Source: the human T2T-CHM13v2.0 reference genome, Homo sapiens
Direction: 5' to 3' (one strand)
Length of the DNA stretch: 64,000 nucleotides
NCBI RefSeq assembly: GCF_009914755.1
Contig: NC_060930.1
This document shows, piece after piece, positions 33,921 through 46,376 of the stretch. Made by a program: the position numbers and the translations under genes. Position 1 is the first letter of the stretch; each line of letters begins with the position of its first letter. Under the pieces are notes generated by a model. It did no database searches. It had not been told where the DNA came from and saw only the letters and a program-made list of their open reading frames with translations.

Positions 33921-34170
33921 AAATCAAACAACCTCTCTCTCAACCTGAAACTCAATATATTGTCTGAAAGTCTAAGGAGTAACCAATCACCTTGAGGTGT
34001 TCTGTGCATGTGTTTATATAAATATGGCTTTTAAATAAATTTATAAAACATATCTAACCTAAGATAAGATTTTTCTACCTATAGTTACTTATATTTAATA
34101 CCCTTTAATTTACTATAAAAATTATTCACTTTCTATAAATGTCTCTTTTTTATTCAAGGATTTAACTATA

Positions 34171-35283
34171 CAGTACTCCATTTTATCTGCAATTTTGCTT
34201 TTCACAGTTTCAGTTACTGAAGTCAACCATACTCTGAAAATATTAAATGGAAAATTATAGAAATAAATATTCATAAGCTTTAATTGATTGATGTTCTGCA
34301 TAGCATGATGAAATTTTGTACATCCCACTCAGGACGTGAATCAGCCTATCTGTGCTATGGACGCATCCCGCCTGTTAAGTGACTTAGTAGCCATCATGGT
34401 TACCAGATCAACTGTTAAGGTATCACAGTACTTGTGTTCAAGAAACTTAATCATGGACCCAAAGCACAAGAGTAGTGATGCTGACAATTCAGATATGACA
34501 AAGAGAAGCTAAAAAGTACTTCCTTTAAGTGAAAAGATGAAATTTCTCAGTAAAGAAAGAAAAAAATTATATGCTGAGATTGCAAAGATCTATGTTAAGA
34601 ACCAATCTTCTATCCACAAAATTATGAAAAAAAGAAAAAAGAAAGTTGTGCTAGTTTTGTTGCTGTACCTCAAACTGCAAGTTATAGGCACAGGGTGTGA
34701 TAAGTGATTAGTTAAGATGGAAAAGGCATTGAATTTGTGGGTGGGAGACATGAACAGAAAATGTGTTCTGATTAATGGCAACATATTGCATCAGAAAGCA
34801 TTGAGGCTAAGCTGAATGAAGACTTCAGCAAAGGATCCACTACACTGAGTGACACCAAGCCATTTACTGCAAGTAAAGGACAAAGGATGGTTATACAGAT
34901 TCAGGACTACAGAAGGTCAACAGTAGCCTAATGCTTCATCACAATGCTGCCATTTATCTCACTTCCTCACGTAGGCATTGTATCATCTCACATCATCACA
35001 GGAAGAAGGCTAAGGGCAGCACAAGAAGATATTTTGAGAGAGAGAGAGACGCCACATTCACATAATGTTTAGCACAGTATATTGTTCACATTTTCCTATT
35101 TTATTATTAGTTACTATTATTTTATTAGTTTTTTATTATTTACTGTGCCTAATTTATACATTAAACTTTATTTTAGGTATGTATTAATGGAAAAAAAAAC
35201 ATAATATATGTAGGATTCAGCACTATCCATGGTTTCAGGCATTCAGTAGGGGTCATCCTCCCCCAGAAAAGAGAATACCATTG
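34171..35283 (+). mobile_element. Tigger7/MER44 DNA transposon deletion derivative
   Basis: cag..ttg termini flanked by TA; decayed transposase N-terminus (KRS*KVLPLSEK) near 34495. Confidence 0.85.
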
Positions 35284-35650
35284 TATATTATATGTATCAT
35301 TTCTACAATTATTTAATATGTCAATGACAGTAAAGAAATATTACACTGTGCCAATCAAGGAGACTTAGAGATTAAGAAAGAATAAGATTAAAAGCAAAGG
35401 TTGAAATGAAGAGTACAAGAGAAAAGGGACATACACAGTAACATTTCTATTCTGTCTTACTGTGCTTATACTTGCAGATAAATAAACATATATATGTGGA
35501 TATATAAACACACACACATAATACATATATATGTATATGTATATGCATGTATGTATACTGACCATGAAAATTGTATGAAAGCATCATCAAATGGCATAGA
35601 GTGATTTAAGAATATACTATATTAACATTTTTGGTAACAAGTCAGAGGTA

Positions 35651-35945
<295 letters not shown>

Positions 35946-36190
35946 TGACACTGAAAGTAGTTTTGTGGGAGAAAAAATAAATCAGCTACTTTTCTTATAT
36001 AAAAGTGTTCTTTATATTAATTACAACATTATTAAATATATTTTAATGCTGATTTAATACAGTACAATTGGTAGCCCTCTTTAATTATCAGTATTTCAAA
36101 TTTGAAATGGAAGCGATAAACATTTATCTTGCTTCTGTTACCATCAACATACCATAAGATTATTTCATATTTTTTCCCTCTATCCTTTAG

Positions 36191-36271
36191 CACCTGGAGG
36201 AACTCTTAATATTGAGACTGAAGGAAAATAGTAAAAAACCAAACCTAAGGCCAAAGATAGTCTCTCTAGGA
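36191..36271 (+). pseudogene. 81-nt exon (HLEELLILRLKENSKKPNLRPKIVSLG)
   Basis: Strong acceptor (tttttccctctatcctttag) and donor (GGA|gtgagt); open, phase 0/0; resembles recalled HLKERLNMFLQLYNE..MDMVFF just before AAA4. Confidence 0.7.
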
Positions 36272-37504
36272 GTGAGTTAAGCAAGTTGTGGCCCTTTAGG
36301 ATTAGTTTATTGTGTTTTTTTTATCCTTTTAAGAGCAATAAAAATGTAATTTGTAATTTATGATTCCATCTCTCTGTCAGTGCATCCAATGATGTCTCCA
36401 CCCATGCCCATTCTGCCAGCCTGTGCAAAAATGAAGCTCACAGTACAAATACTGGTACTGGATCCTTGCCCTTACTCAGAACTTGCTCTCATCTGGGCCT
36501 CCTTATTTCTATTCAGTGGCTTCCATCTGGGTTTTGCCTCTCTGTCCTGTCAGATTGCCATTTGAGAGGAGCTATTCACCTGGCTTTTCGTTTCCATATT
36601 GTTCCTAGACACATCTTTGGATCAGGATTGTCTCCCTGCCCTGTGGTCTCAGGCCAGGTTTGGCTGACAGGCCCAGCAAGAGTTTCCAGCTAACCAGGGA
36701 GAGAAAAGCAAGTCATATTTAAACCCTAAGGTGATGGAATCAGAAAATTTTAAACTAAGCAATCGTTGCTGTTCTTGGAGAAACAGTAGCATTTAGCCCA
36801 ATTTGTCCTTCTGATCATTGTAGGCTAAATTAGGTAGGGTCAATAAACTGGAGAAGGTGAAATTTCAGCTAAACCTTAAGGAAGGGTAGAATGAAGTCAA
36901 GCACAAAAGACAAATAATGCATGTCAGATAGAAGTAAATAATTCGGCCAAGGCACAGCATGAGCAAAATACATATAACAGATGATCTTGGGATAGCAGCC
37001 TCTTTCAAGTTTGCAAAAGTAGGCTTTACCAATTTATGAGACATTTTGAATGCTGCCTTTTTCATACTCTTGTACTTTGCTTTTTGCTTTTTCTGAGTGG
37101 TTGTCTGAAAACGACCTGTTATTATACTCACCATATAAACCTACTATATTTAAGTATCTCTGAAGGTGAAGGCAGGGGATCTGGCTTTATCAAGTTCACC
37201 AGTTCATTTGTGTTTGAGAAAAAATACTATCGAGTAATCAGTTTTAAACATTTTTCTTAGCAATCAACCATCATATGTTGAAACTTAGCATATAAAACAA
37301 AAGCCCTATTTGCATGATGTGTGTGTGTGTGCATGCGCGTGTGTTGTGTAGGGAGCTCTTGGTGCCCCAGAAGCTCTCAGTTATTTTTTTAAATTGCTGT
37401 AATTAATTGGGAAATCACAAAGGAGTCTTTGGATGACAGTGAGTGTTTAGAAGCCTCACCAATCATGAGTGTGTGAAACAGATTTGAAGACAAAGAGACT
37501 TAAG

Positions 37505-37627
37505 GTAAAAGAAGAAAAGAAAAGAGAAAAGAAAAGAAAGAAGGAAGGAAGAAAGAAAGAAAAAGAAAAGAAAAGAGAGAGAAAGAAAGGAGGAAGAAAG
37601 AAAGAAAGAGAAAGAAAGAAAGAAAAG
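37505..37627. repeat. (GAAA)n-type polypurine repeat
   Basis: Seen directly. Confidence 0.95.
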
Positions 37628-37790
37628 CAGCTAGAGGCTAGTGTAACAGATATTAATTTGCCACCTCAAAATCAAATGTGCAGGAAATGCCAAGTAACTT
37701 TAATTTCTTTGACTCAACTAAATCTCACTTTAAGTCTCCCAGAGTATCTAACTTAATACTAAATTTAGTCTCAATCATTGTTGTTGGGCA

Positions 37791-37864
37791 TCTTTTCCAA
37801 ATCTATCCCATATATGTAGGAAGGTCCTAGAATCTAAAGCAAAGTAATCATTACAGGAAAACCT
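37791..37864 (+). pseudogene. Exon remnant (LSHICRKVLESK / SKVIITGKP), entry to the AAA4 P-loop
   Basis: SHICR identical to recalled DNAH1-type MSHICRISR; VIITG follows after one frameshift; splice sites not clear. Confidence 0.5.
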
Positions 37865-37939
37865 CTTTGGTTTTGGTCCATCCAAATCACTGCCAATAAG
37901 CTCATTAGACAAGTTCACTCCATAGCTTAAAGTCCAGTG

Positions 37940-39575
37940 GCTCTGGATGTCAGTACAATGGCTGGATAAGGACTTCTGAAAATTCTCTCCTCCATAAAAA
38001 CAATGAGAAAACTGGCAAAAATGGCCAAAATTGACTATTTCAGAACTCTGGAAATTAACCAAAAGTTTGCAGCAACCCAGGGGCTTTTGGAAAAGAAAGA
38101 GAGAGAGAGAAGGAAGACAGAGAAGGAAGGAAGCAAGGAAGACAGGAAGGAAGGGAGGGAGGGAGGGAGGGAGGGAGGGAGGGAGGGAGGGAGGGAGGGA
38201 AGAAGGAAGGAAGGAAAAGACGGAAGGAGGGAAAGAAAGAAAGGAGCGGGGAAGGAAGGAAGGAGAGAGCGAGGGAGGAAAGAAGGAAAGTGGGAGAGAG
38301 AGAGAAAGAAGACAGAGAGGGAGGGAGGGAGGGAAGGAAGGAAGGGAGGAAAAAATAAAAGGAGGGAGTGAAAGAATAAAGGAGGGGGGAAGGAAGGAAG
38401 GGGGGGAAAGAAGGAAAGAAGAAGCTCTATCTCAGTAAGAACAGCAAGCTTTGTGTCATTTTAACCTGCCCAAGTCCCATCCTTATTCTTCAGACAACAA
38501 CTCACACTCAGTGAAAACCAGTAGCCTGAAAGTCACATAAAGAAGGAGACCAGAGCTCTTTCAAAATCTTAAATAGCCTCCAATTCCCAAAGAATTGTCA
38601 TTATTTTACTTATCTGGTCATTCCCTAAAATATCTTACTTGCAAGGCTATCTGCATTTGACCTGACTCAGAGTTCAGCCAGTATGAAAATCCTTCCCTTT
38701 CTCCCTTCCTGCCCAAAAGCCTTTCCCTGTAGTGGTGTTATCAAAATCAATTACAGGCAACTATTTACCTTGTGGTTACCTTTGTGGACAGGCACTGGGG
38801 GAAATCTTAGAACAACCAAACTGTTTTAAAAAGAAAAGCAGAGGAATGAGATGGCCATAGGAGAGATCTGAAAAGCTTTGATGTATTCCTGAAAATCTAG
38901 ACTAGGCCACATGAGTGTAGTGATATGCTCATGATGAGTGCTATGTGCATTTTTAGGAAATACCTAAGAATGCTCTAAGCTCTAACTTCAGACTGACATT
39001 GGGGCTCTATGCAATCAGGAAGTGAAGGATAAGGTTGAGTTGTCAGCTGTCTGGCTGAGTGTTGAAGTATACTCAAAATGCATACAGAGCCCCATTTCAA
39101 AAACTGAGAGACTTTTTGGTTCAAGGTATTTAAAGACATCTAAATAACTAACGAATAAATATAGAAGACAGTATACGTGTATTTTTGTTTGCAATTCATT
39201 ATTTTTCTATATTATTTAAAAAACAACAGCATGATGAAACAATTCTAGATCTAAGTTAGCAGGCACACAATGTATAAAGATGCAATCTGTGACAATAACA
39301 GCATAAAGGATGTGGGGGACTGAGCTATCTAAGAGTAGTTTTGTATACTATTGAAATTAGTTAATATTAAACCAAACTGGATTTGTATAAATTAAGATGT
39401 TAATTGTAATCCCTAAGACAACCACTAAGACAATAACTAAAAATATATATAGTACAAAAAATGACAAGAGAATTAAAATGGTACAATAACAAATATATAT
39501 TTAAGACAAAATACAGCAGTAATGGAGAAAGAGAAGAACCAAAAGACATTAAGACATATAGAAAGCGAATAGCAA
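37940..39575 (+). mobile_element. Ancient L1MC/MD 5' and inter-ORF fragments
   Basis: 5'UTR motif ctcctccataaaaacaatgagaaaactggcaaaaatg..ctctggaaattaaccaaa. Confidence 0.65.
38091..38423. repeat. (GGAA/GGGA)n polypurine tract
   Basis: About 330 bp of almost pure purine; source of the ORFs spanning 38003-38438. Confidence 0.95.
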
Positions 39576-39577
39576 AA

Positions 39578-40695
39578 AGGCAATACCATTCAGGACATAG
39601 GAATGGACAAAGATTTCATGATGAAGATCCCAAAGGCAATTGCAACAAAAGCCAGAATTGACAAATGGTATCTAATTAAACTAGAGCTTCTGCACAGCAA
39701 AGGAAACTATCAACGGAGTAAACAGACAACCTGCAGTATGGGAGAAAATTATTGCAAACTGCATCCGACAAAGGTCTAATATCCAGCATCTATAAGGAAC
39801 TTAAACAAATTTACAAGAAAAAAAAAACAACCCCATTAAAAAGAAGGACAAGGACATGTACAAAAACTTTTCAAAAGAAGACATACATGCAGCCAACAAT
39901 AATATTAAAATAAGCTCAACATCACTGATTATTAGTGAAATGCAAATCAAAACCACAATGTGATACCATCACACAACAGTCAGAATGGCTATTATTAAAA
40001 GGTGAAAAAACAAAAGACGCTGGCAAGGTTGTGGAGAAAAAGAAATGCTTATACACTGTTGCTGCAAGTGTAAATTAATTCAACCATTGTGGAAGACAGT
40101 GTAGCAATTCCTCAAAGACCTAAAAATAGAAATACCATTCAATCCAGCAATCCCATTACCGGGTATATACCCAAAGTAATATAAATCTTTCCATTATGAA
40201 GACACATGCATGCATATTTTCATTGCAGCACTATTCACAATAGCAAAGACATGGAACCAACCTAAGTTCCCATTGATAATAGACTGGATAAAGAAAATGT
40301 GGTACATATACACCATGAAATACCATGCAGCCATAAAAAGAATAAGATCATGTTGTCTGCAGGAACACAGATGGAACTACAGGCCATTAACCTTAGCAAA
40401 CTAACGCAGGAAGTGAAAACCAATACTACATATTCTCACTTACAAGTGGGAGCTAAATGAGAACACATGGACACAGAGGGGAACCACACATACTGGGGCA
40501 TATCAGAAGGTGAAGGGTGGGAGGAGGGAGAGAATCAGGAAAGATAACTAATGAGTACTATTCTCAATACCCAGGTGCTGAAATAACCTGTACAACAAAC
40601 CCCCATGACACAAGTTTACCTACATAAAAACCTGTACATGTACCCTGAACTTAAAATAAAAGTAAAATAAATAAGGAAATAAAAAATAAAGAAAA
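39578..40695 (+). mobile_element. 5'-truncated older L1PA
   Basis: ORF2 end, 3'UTR and A tail. Confidence 0.9.
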
Positions 40696-42167
40696 TTTCA
40701 AAACAAGCTAAAAGAAATTGAAGACATAGCAGAGCAATAAAGAAAATAGGATTGGCATAAAGCAGAATTAGAAAAACTCATCAATGAGAACAAAGGAGAC
40801 AAGAAAGATTTGAAGAGGAAGATAATAAAAGAATTAAAAAGTTACTTCACAATTGAAGACCAAATTGAAAATAACACTAAAGCAAATAAAAATAACAAAG
40901 TGACAAAGAGAAAGAGATATGGAAAGAACATGATTGGAAAATAAATAATGAAAGTGATTAAAAGTATTTGAGAGAAAGTGCTAGTCAGATGACTTGCAAA
41001 AAAGACTCAATATATACATAACAAAAGTCACTGAAGATGAAATCCAAAGCAATAGGACAGAATACATATTAAACATTACAACCAAAGAAAACTATTTCTA
41101 AAATTTCAAAAAGGCTTGAAACTATATATTAGAAGATCTTGTGAGTCTGATGTCAGCGAGATGGCCAACTAGAGACCCCTAGCACTCATCCTTGCCACCC
41201 CCCAAACAGAGACAACCAAAACAACCAAGAAACAACTACATTTTGAGAGAAATAAGTAAAGGAGAGCATAGATCACATCAAAGAATTAGCAGAAACTGGT
41301 GAGCACAGAAGCTCAGGATAGTTCTGATAGAGAACAGAAGGAAACACCTAGCCTCCATCACCCTATCCCTGAGCCAGAATCAGCTAGGATGCAGGAGAAA
41401 CTTCTGCTGGAGGGGAAATGGTCAATCAGAAGATCTCAGCAGTTCCCAACACCTTGGACACCTAGAATCTTCACCCTGCAGCTTCACAGGGACTAAACCC
41501 AGCTGAGAGAGGTGCCTGGAGTCCACACCTGTATGCTCTCCCTAGAGAAAGAATTAACACTGTGTCCTGCCCCTGCAGCCCACATGGCTACTGCACTATG
41601 TCATCTTGGAAGTGAAACTGCTGCAAGAGTGTGTCTTGCTTCTGGTGCAAGTGGCACCAGAGGGGCACAACAGAGCTGTGAGCAGCTGTTACACTCTTCC
41701 TTGTGGGTCTAGGTGGCAACGGAGCCACTTCGCCTACTCAGCTTAGTCACAGCTGCACCACAGCCCACTCAGGCTGGAGCTAAAAGCCAGATACTGCCGC
41801 CTAAGGAAACGATGCCTTGGCAGAGCTGCTACATCTATCCATCCCAATGGGTGCTGCACCCTGCCCCTAGGAATCTGAGGTGAAGCTGCCCATAGCCTTT
41901 CAAGAAAACAGTACCTTAACAAAGCCACTTTATCTGTCTCTCCCAGTCACAGCTGTGCCCTGCACCCTTGGATAGAGCTAAAGCTGTGCACTCCTTCCTA
42001 GGAAAATAGTCCTTCGGTGGAGATGCTCCATCTACCCCTTCCAGTTGCTGCTGTGCCCTGCATATAGGAGCCAGAGCTGAAGATGAACACTGCCTCCTAC
42101 GGAAATGGTGCTTTGGCAGAAATGCTCCAAAAACCCCTCCAAGTTGTAGCTTTACCTGGCTCCACGG

Positions 42168-42974
42168 TTTTCCCTGACTCCTTCATGGGTGGGAACTGGA
42201 GTGCATAGGCACCAGCAGGGGTGAACTTCAATCACTTGAACCCACGGTGCTCAAACCTTCACAGGAGGGAGCACACTGGTGAGCAATTGCAGGAGCTGGG
42301 GGTGAGCACTTTTGGGTTCTGGTAGGAACAAACTCTGTATTGACTCCACAGCAGCATCTAGCAGGGTTCCCCTGACTCCTGAAGCCCCAGAAGGAGTATT
42401 ATAATCAGTGATCTTTTAGCTTTGCCATCCGCAGATGGCTTAAGTGTTCAGAGCTCAGTGGAGGGTCAGTGTGACAACCTTTTGCACCTGCACCTGAGTT
42501 CTTGTCTAGTATCCAGGAGGAATGAGGTCACACAAACAAACTGGAGATAGTAAATGTGGGGGATTTTATTGCTGATGAAAGTGACTGTCAGCTGAATGAA
42601 GGGGAGCTGAAAAGGAGATGAAGCAGAAATGTAATCTTCCCTCAAAGCCCGGCCGTACCTGACCAGACTCCTCTCCAAAGCTACGCCATCAACCCATCCT
42701 TCTGAAGTCAAGCTGCTTCTCTCTAACATCCAACCATAGTCTCGAATGTCCAGCTGCTTCTCCTCTTCTCTCTTTACTGGTGGAGCCTGGGGATTTTATG
42801 GGCACAGGATTGGCGGGAGGTGGGCCATGGGTGGTTTTGGAAAAGGCAATATTTGAGCAAGAAAACAGAGATGTATGTTCTCACTTCGGGCGGTGGTTCC
42901 AGGCTTGAGGCTGGGGTCTTTGCTAGGGACCCACCCTCTTCCGCTCAGAATTTCCCTACCTCCTGTCCCTATCA
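42168..42974 (-). mobile_element. ERV1 solo LTR (LTR1/LTR27/LTR28 group)
   Basis: Reverse strand begins tgatagggacaggagg; possible 4-bp TSD acgg/atgg. Confidence 0.75.
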
Positions 42975-45209
42975 ATGGGACTCAAAGTAAAGCTACATAC
43001 AGCCTTTTAGGGAAGGGGTACTTTGGTAAAGCCATGCAATATACTCCTTCCAGTTCCTGTGGTACCCTATCTTCCTTTGCTGGGGCTAAAGCAACACCTG
43101 GCATCCCAAGGAAGAGGTGTTCTGGCCTCCCAGAACAGCCACATCCTCCTGTGCATGAGCTAAAGTGGTACTCTGATACTTGGGAAAACAGTACAGTAAA
43201 GGCCACTCCTGCTATCCAAAGGGACAGGAGGCTGCAGCTGATTGTAGACCATATCAAAACCAACAGGATGAGAGATTCCTTTGGCTTAGTTCCTCACTGT
43301 GGAGAAAATGAGAATAATGGAGGACCTCAAAAGCCCTCAACACCAAGAAACTTAACAACTAATAATGGCACCACCACTGCTGCCACAAACTCCCATATCC
43401 TAGGTCACTGAGACACCCACACTAATCACTGATGTTGACAGCAGCAGAGGAAGTTTCATGGATACTATATCACTGCACCTACTTGGAACCAAAGTCACCA
43501 CACTCTTCTCAATTGACACAAAGACCCATCTTCAAGTGAAAGTCTTCTTCTATGAAAGCCACTTTGCAAAAATGTGAAAGAGGTAGTTGCTCTACCAATG
43601 CACAAACATTAATGCAGGGACACAAAACACATGGAAAAGCAAGGATATATGACAGCACCAAAAGAACACAATAACTCTCCAGTAACACACCACAGAGAAA
43701 AGAAAGCCTATGAATTTTCATAAAATGAATTAAAAATAATAATCTTAAGGAAACTCAGGGAGATGCAAGAGAATACAGAAAGGCATTTCAACAAAAACAA
43801 AAAACCAATTCATGATGGGCATGAGAAATTTAATAAATAGATGGATATCATACAAAAGAACCAAAAAGAAATTGTATAGCTAAAGCATTCAATTAATGAA
43901 ATAAAGAATATAATAGCTTCAACAGCAGGCTTGATCAAGCAGAAGAGAAAAAGCCTCTGAACTTGAAGATAAGTCATTTGAAATTGTAAAATCAGAGAAA
44001 AATAAATAAATAAGAATGAAAAAGAGTAAAGAAAGCCTACAGGACTTATGAGATGACATTAAGTGCACAAAATTTTCCCTTATGGGATTACCAGAAGGCA
44101 AAGTGACTAGAAAAAGCACCGAAAATCTATTGACTAAAATAATAGCTGAAAAATTCCCAAGTCTTGGGAAAGGTATGAACATCCAGATCCAGGAAGCTCA
44201 AAGAGTCCCAAATATATTTAATTCAAAATGTACCCTCCAAGGAACATCATAGACAAATTGTCAAAACACAAAGATAGAAAGATAATTCTAAAAACTGCAA
44301 GAAAAAGTAACAAGTCACATATAAGGGAATCTCCATCAGACCAACAGCAAGTTTCTCAGGTGAAACCTCATAGACCATGAGAGATTGGGATTATCCATCC
44401 AAAGTGCTGAGGAAAAAAAAAGTGCTAACCAAGAATACTATGCCTAGCAAAGTTATAATTCAGAGACAAAGGAGAAGTAGTCTTTCCCAGACAAGAAAAA
44501 CTAAAAAAATCAACACCACTAGTTAGCATTACAAGAAATGTTCAAGGAAGTCTTACATCTGGAAGCAAAAGGTCATAACTATCATCATGAAAACACACAA
44601 AAATATAAAACTCATTGCTAGAACAGATACAGAGGAGAAAGGAAAAGGAATAAAACCTTATCACCACAGAAAACCACCAAACCTCCAAGAAAAACAGAAA
44701 TAAAAGAACAAAAGATATACAAAATAACCAAAAGACAATTGACAACATAAGAGTAAGTCCTCACTTATCAATAACAATCTTGAATGTAAGAAGATTAAAT
44801 ATCTCAATCAAAAGATATAGACTGGCTGAATGAATAATTTTTTAAAAAAATTCAAACATAGCCCACCCATAAGAAACTCATTTCACCTCAAGAGACACCG
44901 ATACACTGAAAATGAAGAGTTGGAAAAAGGCAGTCCATACAAACAGAAGCCAAAATTGAGCAGGAGTAGCAATATTTATGTCATGTAAGACAGACAGAAA
45001 TCAAAAATTGTAAAAAAGGGGCTGAAAATCCACTATTTAGTGGTAATAGGATCAATTCAGCAAGAGAATATAACAAATGTCAATATATATATATGTAGCC
45101 AACATTGGAGCATGCAGATATATAAAGCAAATATTATTAGATATAAAGGGAGACATAGACTCCAACACAATAATAGATGAGGACTTCAACACCCCACTCT
45201 GAGAATTGA

Positions 45210-45607
<398 letters not shown>

Positions 45608-45747
45608 AAACATTTACTAAACATTTTATCAACAGCTGCAGAATACACATTCATTTCATCATCACATGGAACATTCTTCAGGATAGACCATATGTTAGAA
45701 CACAAAACATCTCAAAATTTTTAAATTTGAAATTATATCAAGTATTC

Positions 45748-46025
45748 TTTTTTTTCTTGTTGCCCAGGCTGGAGTGCAGTAGCACAATCTTGGATCACTG
45801 TAATCTCTGTCTCCCAGGCTCAAGAGATCGTTTCACCTCAGTTTCCTGAGTAGATGGGACTACAGGTACATGCCATCATGCTCAGGTGATTTTTTAAAAA
45901 TCCTTAGTAGAGATGAGGTCTCACTGTGTTACCCAGGCTAGTCTTGAACTCCTGAACTCAAGCAATCCTACCACCATGGCCACTCAAAGTGCTGAGATTA
46001 CAGGTGTGAACCACTGCTCCCAGCT
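45748..46025 (-). mobile_element. AluJ
   Basis: J-type motifs; degenerate TSD aagtat. Confidence 0.9.
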
Positions 46026-46161
46026 ATTTAAGTATCTTTTCTGACCACAGTGGAATAGAACGGGAAATCAACAACATGAAAAACTTTCAAAACTGTACAA
46101 ATACATGGAAATTAAACAACATGCTCCTAAATGACCAATGGGAAAATGAGGAAATTAAAAA

Positions 46162-46376
46162 TGGGGTGGAAATGAATGGGGTGGCTTTAAAAGGATACCT
46201 AAATTTGGAGAATTAGTGAAGTGAGACTAAAATGGAAAAAGGTGTATTAGTTGAGGGGTGACTGTTAAAAATGCATACAGCCGAAAGATAAAAATTTGGG
46301 CTCTGGTTGAATTGGATTAAGGCTTTTTGTTTTGGGGGTTTGGCAAAGATGTCTTTTCCTGGGTTAATGAGACCAG
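46162..46376 (-). other. NUMT: mitochondrial control region fragment (CSB III to light-strand promoter)
   Basis: Reverse strand reads catctttgccaaacccccaaaacaa..aaatttttatctttcggctgtatgcatttttaacagtcacccctcaactaa, matching primate D-loop CSB3/LSP sequence. Confidence 0.85.

Noticed and set aside
36609-36657. Candidate exon THLWIRIVSLPCG resembling RVIRTPQG
   Set aside because: Competes with 37791-37864 for the same motif; cannot be resolved without alignment.
38003-38438. Charged low-complexity ORFs, plus the Alu- and L1-derived ORFs throughout the track
   Set aside because: Translations of simple repeats or transposon sequence.
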